64,000 nucleotides of DNA from Octopus sinensis (taxonomy: Eukaryota). Where the stretch lies: the NCBI RefSeq assembly GCF_006345805.1, contig NC_043024.1, forward strand, positions 14,632,001-14,696,000. The letters are read 5' to 3'. Of the stretch, positions 37,819-51,600 are shown piece by piece. How positions within the stretch are numbered: position 1 is the first letter of the stretch; every line of letters starts with the position of its first letter. The notes beneath the pieces were generated by a model. It saw only the letters and a program-made list of their open reading frames with translations, did no database searches and was not told the DNA's origin. A program made the position numbers and the translations under genes.

Positions 37819-38750
37819 ATCTATCCATTTTTGTATATATACATACACATACATAGATGCATATTCACCTACATACACACCCACACTCACACATAGACTT
37901 AGATATCCACAAGCTAGATAACATATACATAGGCGCAGGAGTGGCTGTGTGGTAAGTAGCTTGCCAACCAACCACATGGTTCCGGGTTCAGTCCCACTGC
38001 GTGGCATCTTGGGCAAGTGTCTTCTGCTATAGCCCCGAGCTGACCAATGCCTTGTGAGTGGATTTGGTAGATGGAAACTGAAAGAAGCCTGTCATATATA
38101 TGTATATGTATATATATATATTTGTGTGTCTGTGTTTGTCCCCCTAGCATTGCTTGACAACCGATGCTGGTGTGTTTATGTCCCCGTCACTTAGCGGTTC
38201 GGCAAAAGCTACCGATAGAATAAGTACTGAGCTTACAAAGAATAAGTCCCGGGGTCGATTTGCTCGACTAAAGGCGGTGCTCCAGCATGGCCACAGTCAA
38301 ATGACTGAAACAAGTAAAAGAGTAAAAGTGTAATATATATAAACATATGCATCCATATATATATATACACACATATATAGGTATATATATATATACACAT
38401 TGTATATAAATGTACATATACATATACACACATATATATATATACATACTAATACACCCACATAGCTAAACATATATACCTACATAAATATATACATACT
38501 AATACACCTATACTTGCATATATACCCCCCTATATATACATATATACATATATATAGATACATATACATATATACATACATATACATATATATATATATA
38601 TACTTATTTACACATCCTCATATATACAGATGCACACCCACCTGCATACATATATATATATATAATATATATATATACACACATATACATACATATACAC
38701 ATACATATACTTATACACATATATATACATACTTATATACACATACATGT

Positions 38751-39135
38751 GGAGGCGCAATGGCCCAGTGGTTAGGGCAGCGGACTCACGGTCATAGGAT
38801 CGCGGTTTCGATTCCCAGACCGGGCGTTGTGAGTGTTTATTGAGCGAAAACACCTAAAAGCTCCACGAGGCTTCGGCAGGGGTTGGTGGTGATCCCTGCT
38901 GTACTCTTTCACCACAACTTTCTCTCACTCTTACTTCCTGTTTCTGTTGTACCTGTATTTCAAAGGGCCGGCCTTGTCACTCTCTGTGTCACGCTGAATA
39001 TCCCCGAGAACTACGTTAAGGGTACACGTGTCTGTGGAGTGCTCAGCCACTTACACATTAATTTCATGAGCAGGCTGTTCCGTTGATTCGGATCAACCGG
39101 AACCCTCATCGTCGTAACCGACGGAGTGCTTCCAA
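38751..39135 (+). mobile_element. tRNA-derived SINE, family B (head ggaggcgcaatggcccagtggttagggcagc)
   Basis: A box TGGCCCAGTGG, B box GGTTTCGATTCC. Minus copies at about 1913-2211, 18895-19195, 20745-20836 and 21065-21390. Confidence 0.85.
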
Positions 39136-39146
39136 TCCAATAATAC

Positions 39147-39211
<65 letters not shown>

Positions 39212-40499
39212 GGAAAATTGAAAATGGAGACAAATGCTCAAGATGTTATTAAAACTTTTATATCTTTGTATAATCGACATGTTTCAGTGGATGCATTTAA
39301 AATACATCCGACAGGATGAATAATGATCAGAAATGCATTAATTTCATCAAGGAGGATATATACAACAGTGCTCTTCAAATAGACATTTTAACATATATAA
39401 GAAGCCATAGAAAATGTGACATATGTATAAACATATATATAATCAAAATAAGCAACAAGGATATCCAGAAGTAATGCAGTAAGTACGATCGTTTCACGCA
39501 ACGCCATTTAATTGAATAATGCAATCATTACATCAATTTAAAGTGCATTGCAATCCTCAGCTGCACAAATACATAGAATTTAATTAAATTAGAAAAGATG
39601 GACACATTAGTATAATTATACCTAAAATCTCCCAGAAGTTAAGGAGATAGACAAAGATTATGTTGCGTTAATTAAATTCTATATCTTTGTGCAGCTGAGG
39701 ATTGCTCTGCATTTTAAATTGATGTAATGATTGCATTGTTCAATTAAATGGAGTTGCATGAAACGATCATACTGCATTACCTCTGGATATCCTTGTTGCT
39801 TATTTTGATTTTAATCACCTTACTTTGAAATTGTATGGATAATGCTGTACTAAATTCTGGTGCCTTGACTTAAGTACCGTATTCATTTGAATCTAAATTT
39901 TTGCTAAACATATATACATATGCATATGCACACATGCATACACACATACATGCTATATATATATATACACACATACACATGTACGTCACATACACATCGA
40001 CATATATACACATCCGCACATAAGTATACATATATATGCACATATATACACACATACATATACTCACAACACACACATATGCGTACACATACGTTTATTG
40101 AAGTGTGCGACCATGTACTTACACACATAAACACATGTACACATACACGCACAAGAGCATACACATGCCCAAAGCATAGATACACCCAAACACACACTTA
40201 CATAAACACATACACATATACATAGTGTACATACATACATACATGTACGAATACAGGTATACATATATGGAAAGCTAATTAGTGAAGGGAACGCTAAAAT
40301 TTGAAAATGCTGTTATAGAAATATACTTCAGAGGGTGAGAGAAGAAGAGAAGGTATAGATAAATAAGGAGGGAAGGAGAAAACAAAGTTAAAAGAGAGAG
40401 AGGGTAGAGAGGGAAAATTAGATAGATAAAAGATGGAAAGAAAAGATGAAGGGAGGAATAAAGATTGTGGGAAATAAAAATAAAGAACAAAGAAAAGAT

Positions 40500-41025
40500 A
40501 ATTTTCAGAAATTATTATTAGGTAAGGGGTAGACACTATTAAAAAAAATGTGAAAGAGTGCTTTTTCCAATGTGAACACCTGTAAACACTCTGTAAGCGT
40601 GTTCACCAGTTTATGTTTGGAAAAGAAGATAGAAGATTGCTCTTCTATACAGAGAGGACAGAAAGATTTCCCTTTATCATAAAGAAATGATCTAGATAAA
40701 ATTTTCCAATCTAGAGAAAAAAGTTTGTTAGAGTCTTTAAGGTGCCAGATTAGTTTACCGAGTCCTGTGGAATTACGCTTACGAATGTATTTGAAGGTAG
40801 AAAAGTGGTTTGCTAGTCTGGATTTCAAATCCTTAAAAGATAATCCAACATAAATATTGGATTATCTTCTACAGATTTGAAATCCAGACTGGCGAACCAC
40901 TTTTCTACCTTCAAATACAATAAATTGGATTATCTTCTACGGATTTGAAATCCAGACTGGCGAACTGCTTTCCTACCTTCAAATATAATTGTAAGCATGA
41001 TTTCATTGGATTATCTTCTACAGAA
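40500..41025 (-). mobile_element. Penelope-like element remnant (GIY-YIG C-terminal part) with inverted/duplicated end
   Basis: RLANHFSTFKYIRKRNSTGLGKLIWHLKD...WKIL...CPLC, plus a fold-back at 40789-40918. Confidence 0.7.
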
Positions 41026-41121
41026 AAACAAAATGAGTTAATTTCTATTAAATTATTTTTTATGAATTCAAAGAGCCAAGTTTATTAGCATCTTTCTTTT
41101 TATCATTATTTTCACCATTAA

Positions 41122-41240
41122 CATCCTTCTTCTTCTTCCTCTTCTTCTTTTTCTTCTTCTTCTTCTTCTTCTTCTTCTTCTTCTTCTTCTTCTTCTTCTC
41201 TTCTTCTTCTTCTTCTTCTTCTTCTTCTTCTTCTTCTTCT
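41122..41240. repeat. (TTC)n microsatellite
   Basis: Direct reading. Other large (TA/CA/TATG)n tracts at about 6960-7275, 38330-38750, 39900-40270 and 45095-45490. Confidence 0.97.
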
Positions 41241-41599
41241 CATGATTATTATTATGATTATCATTATTATATGCATGGCTTTTGCTTTGCATTTGTACAA
41301 GCTGAATCCAGGTCCCACCCTGAGACCTCAAGAGACAACAGGTTAGAAGTTCAAGTCAGTATTATAAGGGTACCATATTTTTGGTTTTGCATAGATAGTG
41401 CCTGTCAAAACATAAGAAGATTAAAAGTTTGTTTTAAAAATAATTTCATGGTAAGATTATAGTTACTATTACTATGAAATCTCACAGCTTATTTTTCTGG
41501 GTATAATGGAAAGTGTCAGCTGTCTGCAAATAACAGACTAAGGTAGCACTTGTTTACTGATCATGCTTGAAGAATCCTGTGAAGAATTCTTGCAGTTCC

Positions 41600-42900
41600 A
41601 AGCACCGATCTTTTTCAGCCATGTTGATAGTTGAGTGCTGATACTTCCAAGTGCATCAATTACTACTGGCATCATGTCTACTCTCTTCATTGACCACAAC
41701 CTTCTTACTTCCCACTTTAAATCATCATAGTTGTTTATTTTTTACTTCCTCCTCCACACAGATCCTGTTGTCACCAGGGTATGCAATGTCGATTATCATA
41801 CATGTTCTTACTTTTTTATTCACCACAACAATGTTTGGTTTCCTATGTCTGGTCAGCTGATCGCGCTGGATTATTACATCTCACAGTATTTTGCAATTCT
41901 CATTTTCGGTGACTCCTTCTGGAGTTTTCTCTTACCACATCTTTGCTCTTTGTATGCCATGATTTCCACAGAGCTCCCAATGGATCATTCTTGCCACATT
42001 GTCATGGCGTCGTTTATATTCATGTTGTGCCAATTTCAGGCATTTGCTAATGATGTGCTATACTGTTTCGCCCCTCTCACCACACATTCGGCATTTGTCA
42101 CTATCGGTAGTGTTGTCCATATAATTGATCCTTAATGCTTGTTCCTGAGCTGCGCATATGAGTGCTTCTGTCTCTATCTTCAGGTCACTCCTCCTCATCC
42201 ACAGCCACAAGCCCTCTGTATCTGTTTTGGTGTTCACATCTCTTGGAAACTGACCATATATTTTCTTTTCCTTCCATGTTTTTTCTTTTTTTTTTTTGTT
42301 TATTTCTTGTTTAAATTTTTCTTTAGTTACACAATTTTCAGTGTTGATGACACATCCATTATTTTTATTTCTCTCTTTTGCTATTTTATAATTCCCACTC
42401 CATACCGAAGTGATGCTATCGCTCACATATTAACTGCTTGGATTTTATTCCATCCAGTCAATCTTGAGTGCAACGCCGACATCAGTTTTCATAAATACTC
42501 CATTCTCAGTTGCTCTTCCATTTCCTTTTCCATTATCTCATTAAACTCTAGTACACCAAGGTATTTGTATCCTTCCATTTCAATTTGCTTAATCAAGTCT
42601 CTATTCGGTAATTCTATCCCTGCTAAGGACTGCACTTTGCCTATTTTTAGGTAGATTATTCTGTACTTATTGAGTCCAAATTCCATTCTAATATCAGTGC
42701 TAAAACAGTGGAACGTGTTTACTAAGGAATTCACTTGTGTCTCATCTTTGCCGTAGTTTCAAATCATCCTTGAAGAGGAGATGGTTGATTATTTGGAATT
42801 TTACCTTTTATCTTTAGTCGGTACCCCAGGTTATGTAAGGTGCAAATGGTGCATTTTATCAGGTAATATTCTTTGATTTAGTCTTTATTTTATTTACAGC
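41600..42900 (-). mobile_element. R4/Dong-type (restriction-like endonuclease) non-LTR retrotransposon remnant
   Basis: ETEALICAAQEQALRINY...DKCRMCGERGETV, followed by RRHDNVA...HWKLC...RKPNIVVV...IIDIAYPGD. Confidence 0.7.
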
Positions 42901-43162
42901 TCCATATAAATTATCGACATCCTGCCTGCTTCCGATAAAATGATTTAGCACCTCTTATAATTAGTATATAATCAGAGTAAGCAAAGGAGAAATTGCAATT
43001 AACATAAATTTATATTATTTGTTCTGAGATATTCATTCACATGTAGGAACGAATTATATAAACTTGTGCTTATTGTAATTTCTCATATATACACATATGG
43101 ATGTGTATGTCTATACATATATGTAATATATATGTATATATATATATGCATATGTATACATA

Positions 43163-45094
43163 CAGGGGTTGGACAAAATAATGGAAACACCTTAAAATTT
43201 TAAACAAATTTATTTTAATATGGGGGTACGACTGCCTTTGTCTGTAATTACAGCTTGAATTCTATGAGCTGTGGACTGTTCATAGTTTGAATTGTTTCCA
43301 AAGGAATTTTTGTCCATTCTTCAGCTAAAACAGTCTCCAGTTCTTGTAGTGATGATGGTGGAGGATATCAACTCCTTACTTGTTTTTATAAAATCCACCA
43401 TAAATGTTCAGTAATATTGAGATCTGGGGACTGTGGTGGCCAGATAAGATGTTCAACTTCACTAGAACGTTCCTCGTGCCATTCAGTAACAACTTTAGCT
43501 GTGTGAATTGGTGCATTATCATCCTGAAAGATTGTGTTTGCCTCTGGAAACAGTTCCGTATCCATAGAATGAATTTGATCAGATAAAATACTCAAATAGT
43601 CTTGACTATTAATTCTGCCATGAAGGGAAACCATTTGGCCAGTAGATTTTCAAGATATACCCACCACCAGATCATCACAGATCCTCCTCCATGTTTAATA
43701 GTTTGAAGAAGGCAGTCTGGGTCAAATGCTTCTTTTGGCTGTCTCCACACATACACTCAGCGGATGGTTGAAAATAAGATAAAGAATAACTATATCCAAG
43801 AAAATAACATTCTTCCACTGTCTAGGGACCAATTCTGTAGGTTTCTACTCCAGTCTAAATGCTTTGCAACGTTTGTTTTTGAGAGTAATGGTTTTCTGAT
43901 TGCAGCCCTCCCATGAAATCTGGCTTTGTGCAGCTCCCACCAAACAGTTTTTGTGGAAGCTGGGTTCTTGGGGTGGTCATTAAGCTCTGCAGTAATTCTG
44001 GGAGATATACTTTTGTGATCATCATCATCATCATCATCATCATTTAGCGTCCGTTTTCCATGCTAGCATGGGTTGGACGGTTCTACTGGGGTCTGTGAAG
44101 CCAGAAGGCTTCATCAGGCCCAGTCAAATCTGGCAGTGTTTCTACGGCTGGATGCCCTTCCTAACGCCAACCACTCCGTGAGTGTAGTGGGTGCTTTTTA
44201 CGTGCCACCCGCACTGGTGCCAGACAGAGCTGGCAAACGGCCACGAACGGATGGTGCTTTTTATGTGCCACCGGCACGAGGGCCAGGCGAGGCTGGCAAC
44301 AGACACGAAACGGGGCGGTGCTGGCAACGGTCGCGAAACGGAAAGTTCTCTTACATGCCACCGGCACTGGTAACACATCTGCAATTTCCATTGATCGATT
44401 TCCATTGATCGATTTCGATTCTGATCCTCACTTGCCTAAATGGGTCTTCACAAGCAGAGTTTCGACATGCCACCGGCACTGGTAGCACATCCGCAATTTC
44501 CATTGATCGATTTCGATTCTGATCCTCACTTGCCTCAACACGTCTTCACAAGTAGAGCTTTGTGTCCCAAGAAGGGAAGGTATGCATACGTAGGCTGGCT
44601 CCATCCCATGTAGAAGGCCACGGGTTGTGGACTCACTTGTCCTGCCAGGTCTTCTCGTGCACAGCACACTTCCAGAGGTCTCGGTAATTCGCATAAGAGT
44701 CCGACAGTCTTTATCTGAAAGTTTTGGTTTTCTTCTAGAGTTTTGTTTCAATGAGGAGGTTTTTCACTCTTTCTCAAGGGGCTGTCATTACTTTTGAGAC
44801 AGTACTTCTTGATACAACAAACATTTCAGCTGTTTTCATTATGCTAGCGCCTGTCATACGAGCACCAACAATTTGACCTCTTTGAAAGTTCGATAGATCT
44901 GTCATTTTAATGAATTTTAATTAGCTTTTTCTGATGATATCTGAAAAGAAACAGCAGTTTTAGCAAAACATATTAAGCAACACTAATAATAAATCGAAAA
45001 GCATAAAAATAAACAAGCTTCTGACGGTTTTATACATATTCCAAAATTATGATGCTATGATACTAGGTGTTTCCATTATTTTGTACAACCCCTA
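43163..45094 (-). mobile_element. Near-complete decayed Tc1 (DD34E) element with a nested RTE-tail insertion at about 44017-44690
   Basis: TIRs caggggttggacaaaataatggaaacacct / aggtgtttccattattttgtacaacccct flanked by TA. Minus-strand FQDDNAPIH...WPPQSPDLNITEHLW and N-terminal RKPKLSDKDCRTLMRI. Confidence 0.9.
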
Positions 45095-45154
45095 TATATA
45101 TATGCATATATGTGCATATTATATATATATATATAATATATATATATATATACT

Positions 45155-45267
<113 letters not shown>

Positions 45268-45670
45268 CATATGTACATGGCTGTGTGTATTATTTATATA
45301 TATACATACACACATACATATGTATATGTGTGTGTGTGTATATATATATACATATGTACATATACATATGTGTATGTGTATGTATATATATATAGAGAGA
45401 GAGAGGGAGAGAGAGAGATGCATGCCTATGTATATATGTATTTATATATATGTGTGTGTGTGTGTATGTACTTATGTCTATATGTATGCATGTCTTTCTG
45501 AAGTTTCTTATATATATCTTAATATCAGTTTTATTTCTTACAATCTGGTGACCCTTGATATTACACTGAACAAATTTAGATCATCGATTAAGGAAAACTA
45601 AGACCCAAAAACTACATACATTGTACATTCAAGAACTATATTAAATATTTTCATGTGTTCCATGTTACAG

Positions 45671-48600
45671 CAACAACAGAACAATATAAGTCAGCATCCA
45701 TTCCTTACACAACCAGTACAGTTACACCAATGACAAATATCATTACCAAGACATCGTCTCCTACTAAGATTATAACCACCATGACCAATAAATTAAACGC
45801 AACTACAATCCGTACACAAGCATTTTCTTCCACATCTCTTGGCAAAACACCTTCAATATTACCAAGCACTACAACAACGAGACAACAAACACAGGTACCA
45901 TCAGCAACAACCTCAATACCATCAGCAACAACCTCAGTACCATCAGCAACAACATCAATACCATCAGCAACAATATCGATACCATCAGCAACAACATCCA
46001 TACCATCAGCAACAATATCGATACCATCAGCAACAACATCCATACCATCAGCAACAATATCGATACCATCAGCAACAACATCCATACCATCAGCAACAAT
46101 ATCGATACCATCAGCAACAACATCCATACCATCAGCAACAAATCGATACCATCAGCAACAACATCCATACCATCAGCAACAATATCGATACCATCAGCAA
46201 CAACATCCATACCATCAGCAACAATATCGACACCATCAGCAATGACAACAACACCAGCAACAAAGGCATCAATACTGTCAACAACATCAGTAATACCATC
46301 TGCAACAATATCAATACCTTCCACAATTACATCAATACCATCGGCAACAATATCAGTGACAGCAGCAACAACTACAGTACCATCCCAAACAAAATGGATA
46401 GCATCAGTCATGACATCGATGTCAACAGCAACAACATCAATACCACTCGTAACATCAACACCATCAGCAATGACATCAATACCACCAGCAACAACAACAG
46501 TACCATCAACAATAACATCAATTCCATCAGCCACAACATCAACACTATCAGCAACAACATCATTACCATCAGCAACAACATCAATACCATCAGCGACAAC
46601 ATCAATACCATTAGCGACAACATCAATACCATCAGCAACAACATCAATACCGTCAGCAACAACATCAATACCGTCAGCCACTACATCAATACCATCAGAA
46701 ACTACATCAATACCATCAGCAAAAACTTTAATACCATCAGCCACTACATCAATAACATCAGCAACAACATCAATACCGTCAGCAGCAACATCAATACCAT
46801 CAGCAACAACATCAATACCATCAGCGACAACATCAATACCATCAGCAACAACATCAATACCATCACCAACAACATCAATACCGTCAGCAGCAACAGCAAT
46901 ACCATCAGCAACAACATCAATACCGTCAGCAACAACATCAATACCATCAGCAACAACATCCATAACATCAGCAGCAACATCAATACAGTCGGCAACAACA
47001 TCAATACCATCAGCAACGACATCAATACCATCAGCAACGACATCAATACCATCAGCAACGACATCAAAACCATCAGCAACAACATCGATACCATCAGCAA
47101 CAACAACAATACCATCAGCAACAACATCAATACCATCAGCAACAACATCAATACCATCAGCTACGACATCAATACCATCAGCAACAACATCAATACCATC
47201 AGCAACAACATCAATACCATCAGCAACAACATCAATACCGTCAGCCACTACATCAATACCATCAGAAACTACATCAATACCATCAGCAACAACTTTAATA
47301 CCATCAGCCACTACATCAATATCATCAGCAGCAACATCAATACCGTCAGCAACAACATCAATACCATCAGCAACAACATCAATACCATCAGCAACAACTT
47401 TAATACCTTCAGCAACAACATCAATACAATCAGCAACAACATCAATACCATCAGCAATAACATCAATACCATCAGCAACAACATACATACCATCAGCAAC
47501 AACATCAATACCACCAGCAACAACACCAACACTACCTGCCACTACATCAATACCATCAGCAACAACATCAATACCATCAGCAACAACATCAATACCATCA
47601 GTAATGACATCAATACCATCAGGAACGACAATACCATCAGTAATGACATCAATACCATCAGCAACAACATCAATACCGTCAGCAACAACATCAAAACCAT
47701 CACCAACAACAACAATACCATCACCAACAACATCAATACCATCAGCAACAACATCGATGCCATCAGCTACGACATCAATACCATCACCAACAACATCAAT
47801 ACCATCATCAACAACAACAATACCATCAGCAACAACATCAATATCATCAGAAACTACATCAATACCATCAGCAACAACTTTAATACCATCAGCCATTACA
47901 TCAATACCCTCAGCAACAACATCAATAACGTCACACCGAGCAACACATCACTACCGTCATCAACAACATCAATACCGTCAGCCACTACATAATACCATCA
48001 GCAAACACAATCAATACCATCAGCGACAACTTTAATACCATCAGGCACTACATCAATACCATCAGCAACAACATCAATACCATCAGCAACAACATCAATA
48101 CCATCAGCAACAACATCAATACCGTCAACAACAACATCAATACCATCAGCAACAACATCAATACCATCAGCAACAACATCAATACCATCAGCAACAACTT
48201 TAATACCTTCAGCAACAACATCAATACCATCAGCAACAACATCAATACCGTCAGCAGCAACATCAATACCATCAGCAAGAACATCCATAACATCAGCAGC
48301 AACATCAATACCATCAGCAAGAACATCCATAACATCAGCAACAACAACAATACCATCAACAAGAACATCCATAACATCAGCAGCAACATCAATACCATCA
48401 TCAAGAACATCCATAACATCAGCAGCAACATCAATACCGTCATCAACAAAATTAATACCGTCAGCAACAACATCAATACCGTCAGCAGCAACATCAATAC
48501 CATCAGCAACAACATCAATACCATCAGCAACAACATCAATACCATCATCAAGAACATCCATAACATCAGCAGCAACATCAATACCGTCAGCGACAACATC

Positions 48601-51600
48601 AATACCATCAGCAACAACATCAATACCATCAGCAACAACTTTAATACCTTCAGCAACAACATCAATACCATCAGCAACAACATCAATAACGTCAGCAGCA
48701 ACATCAATACCATCAGCAACAACATCAATACCATCAGCAACAACATCAATACCATCAGCAAAACATCAATACCATCAGCAACAACATTAATACCATCAGC
48801 AACAACATCAATACCATCAGAAACACATCAATACCGTCAGCAACAACATCAATACCATCAGCAACAACTCATAACAAACATCAGCAAGCACCATCAAAAT
48901 ACCATCAGCAAGAACATCAATAACATCAGCAACAACAACAATACCATCAGCAACAACATCAATACCGTCAGCAACAACATCAATACCAACAGCAACAACA
49001 TCAATACCATCAGCAACAACATCAATACAATCAGCAACAACATCAATACCGTCAGCAACAACATCAATACCATCAGCAACAACAGCAATACCATCAGCAA
49101 CAACATCAATACCATCAGCAACAACATCAATACCATCAGCAACAACATCAATACCATCAGCAACAACATCAATACCATCAGCAACAACATCAATACCGTC
49201 AGCAACAACATCAATACCATCAGCAACAACAGCAATACCATCAGCAACAACATCAATACCATCAGCAACAACATCAATACCATCAGCAACAACATCAATA
49301 CCATCAGCAGCAACATCAATACCATCAGCAACAACATCAATACCGTCAGCAACAACATCAATACCGTCAGTAAGAACATCCATAACATCAGCAACAACAT
49401 CAATACCATCAGCAACAACATCAATACCGTCAGCAACAACATCAATACCATCACCAACAACATCAAAACCATCAGCAACAACATCAATACCATCAGCAAC
49501 ATCATCAATATCGTCAGAAACAACACCAATACCATCAGCAACAACATCAATACCATTAACAACAACATCAATACCATCAGCGACAACATCAATACCACCA
49601 GCAACAACATCAATACCATCAGCAGCAACATCAATACCGTCAGCAAAAACATCAATACCGTCAGCAACAACATCAATGCCATCAGCAACAACATCAATAC
49701 CATCAGCAGCAACATCAATACCGTCAGCAACAACATCAATACCACCAGCAACAACATCAATACCATCAGCAGCAACATCAATACCGTCAGCAACAACATC
49801 AATACCATCAGCAACAACATCAATGCCATCAGCAACAACATCAATACCATCAGCAGCAACATCAATACCATCAGCAACAACATCAATACCATCAGCAACA
49901 ACATCAATACCATCAGCAACAACATCAATACCGTCAGCAGCAACATCAATACCATCAGCAACAACATCAATACCATCAGCAACAACATCAATACCATCAG
50001 CAACAACATCAATACCATCAGCAACAACATCAATACCATCAGCGATAACATCAATACCACCAGCAACAACATCAATACCATCAGCAGCAACATCAATACC
50101 GTCAGCAACAACATCAATACCGTCAGCAACAACATCAATACCATCAGCAACAACATCAATACCATCAGCAACAACATCAATACCATCAGCAGCAACATCA
50201 ATAATCAACCATACCGCAACAACAACTCAATACCATCAGCAACACATCGATGCCATCAGCTACGACATCAATACCATCACCAACAACATCAATACCATCA
50301 TCAACAACAACAATACCATCAGCAACAACATCAATATCATCAGAAACTACATCAATACCATCAGCAACAACTTTAATACCATCAGCCATTACATCAATAC
50401 CCTCAGCAACAACATCAATACCGTCAGCAGCAACATCACTACCGTCATCAACAACATCAATACCGTCAGCCACTACATCAATACCATCAGCAACAACATC
50501 AATACCATCAGCGACAACTTTAATACCATCAGGCACTACATCAATACCATCAGCAACAACATCAATACCATCAGCAACAACATCAATACCATCAGCAACA
50601 ACATCAATACCGTCAACAACAACATCAATACCATCAGCAACAACATCAATACCATCAGCAACAACATCAATACCATCAGCAACAACTTTAATACCTTCAG
50701 CAACAACATCAATACCATCAGCAACAACATCAATACCGTCAGCAGCAACATCAATACCATCAGCAAGAACATCCATAACATCAGCAGCAACATCAATACC
50801 ATCAGCAAGAACATCCATAACATCAGCAACAACAACAATACCATCAACAAGAACATCCATAACATCAGCAGCAACATCAATACCATCATCAAGAACATCC
50901 ATAACATCAGCAGCAACATCAATACCGTCATCAACAAATAATACCGTCAGCACAACATCAATACCGTCAGCAGCAACATCAATCCATCAGCAACAACATC
51001 AATACCATCAGCAAAACACATCAATACCATCATCAAGAACTTCCATAACATCAGCCGCAAGCCCCAGCAACACATCAATACCGTCAGCGACAACATCAAT
51101 ACCATCAGCAACAACATCAATACCATCAGCAACAACTTTAATACCTTCAGCAACAACATCAATACCGCCAGCAACAACATCAATACCGTCAGCAGCAACA
51201 TCAATACCATCAGCAAGAACATCCATAACATCAGCAGCAACATCAATACCATCAGCAAGAACATCAATAACATCAGCAACAACAACAATACCATCAGCAA
51301 CAACATCAATACCATCAGCAACAACATCAATACCATCAACAACAACATCCATAACATCAGCAGCAACATCAATACCGTCATCAACAAAATTAATACCGTC
51401 AGCAACAACATCAATACCATCAGCAACAACATCAATACCATCAGCAACAACATCAATACCATCAGCAACAACATCAATACCATCAGCAACAACTTTAATA
51501 CCTTCAGCAACAACATCAATACCATCAGAAACACATCAATACCGTCAGCAGCAACACATCAATACCAGCACAAGAACATCCATAACATCAGCACAACATC

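Noticed and set aside
3862-38328. Recurring short ORFs such as MLGGQTQTHKH..., MTTDAGVFTSPS... and MPKMPRSGTEP...
   Set aside because: They are translations of SINE family A, recurring at every copy; not genes.
38751-38830. SINE heads as tRNA genes
   Set aside because: They have A/B boxes but no closed acceptor stem and continue into SINE bodies.
41068-41331. Poly-Lys/Arg and poly-Glu ORFs
   Set aside because: They come from a (TTC)n microsatellite; similarly the YI/HT/CV-rich ORFs at 6900-7337 and 45057-45601 come from (TA)/(CA) tracts.
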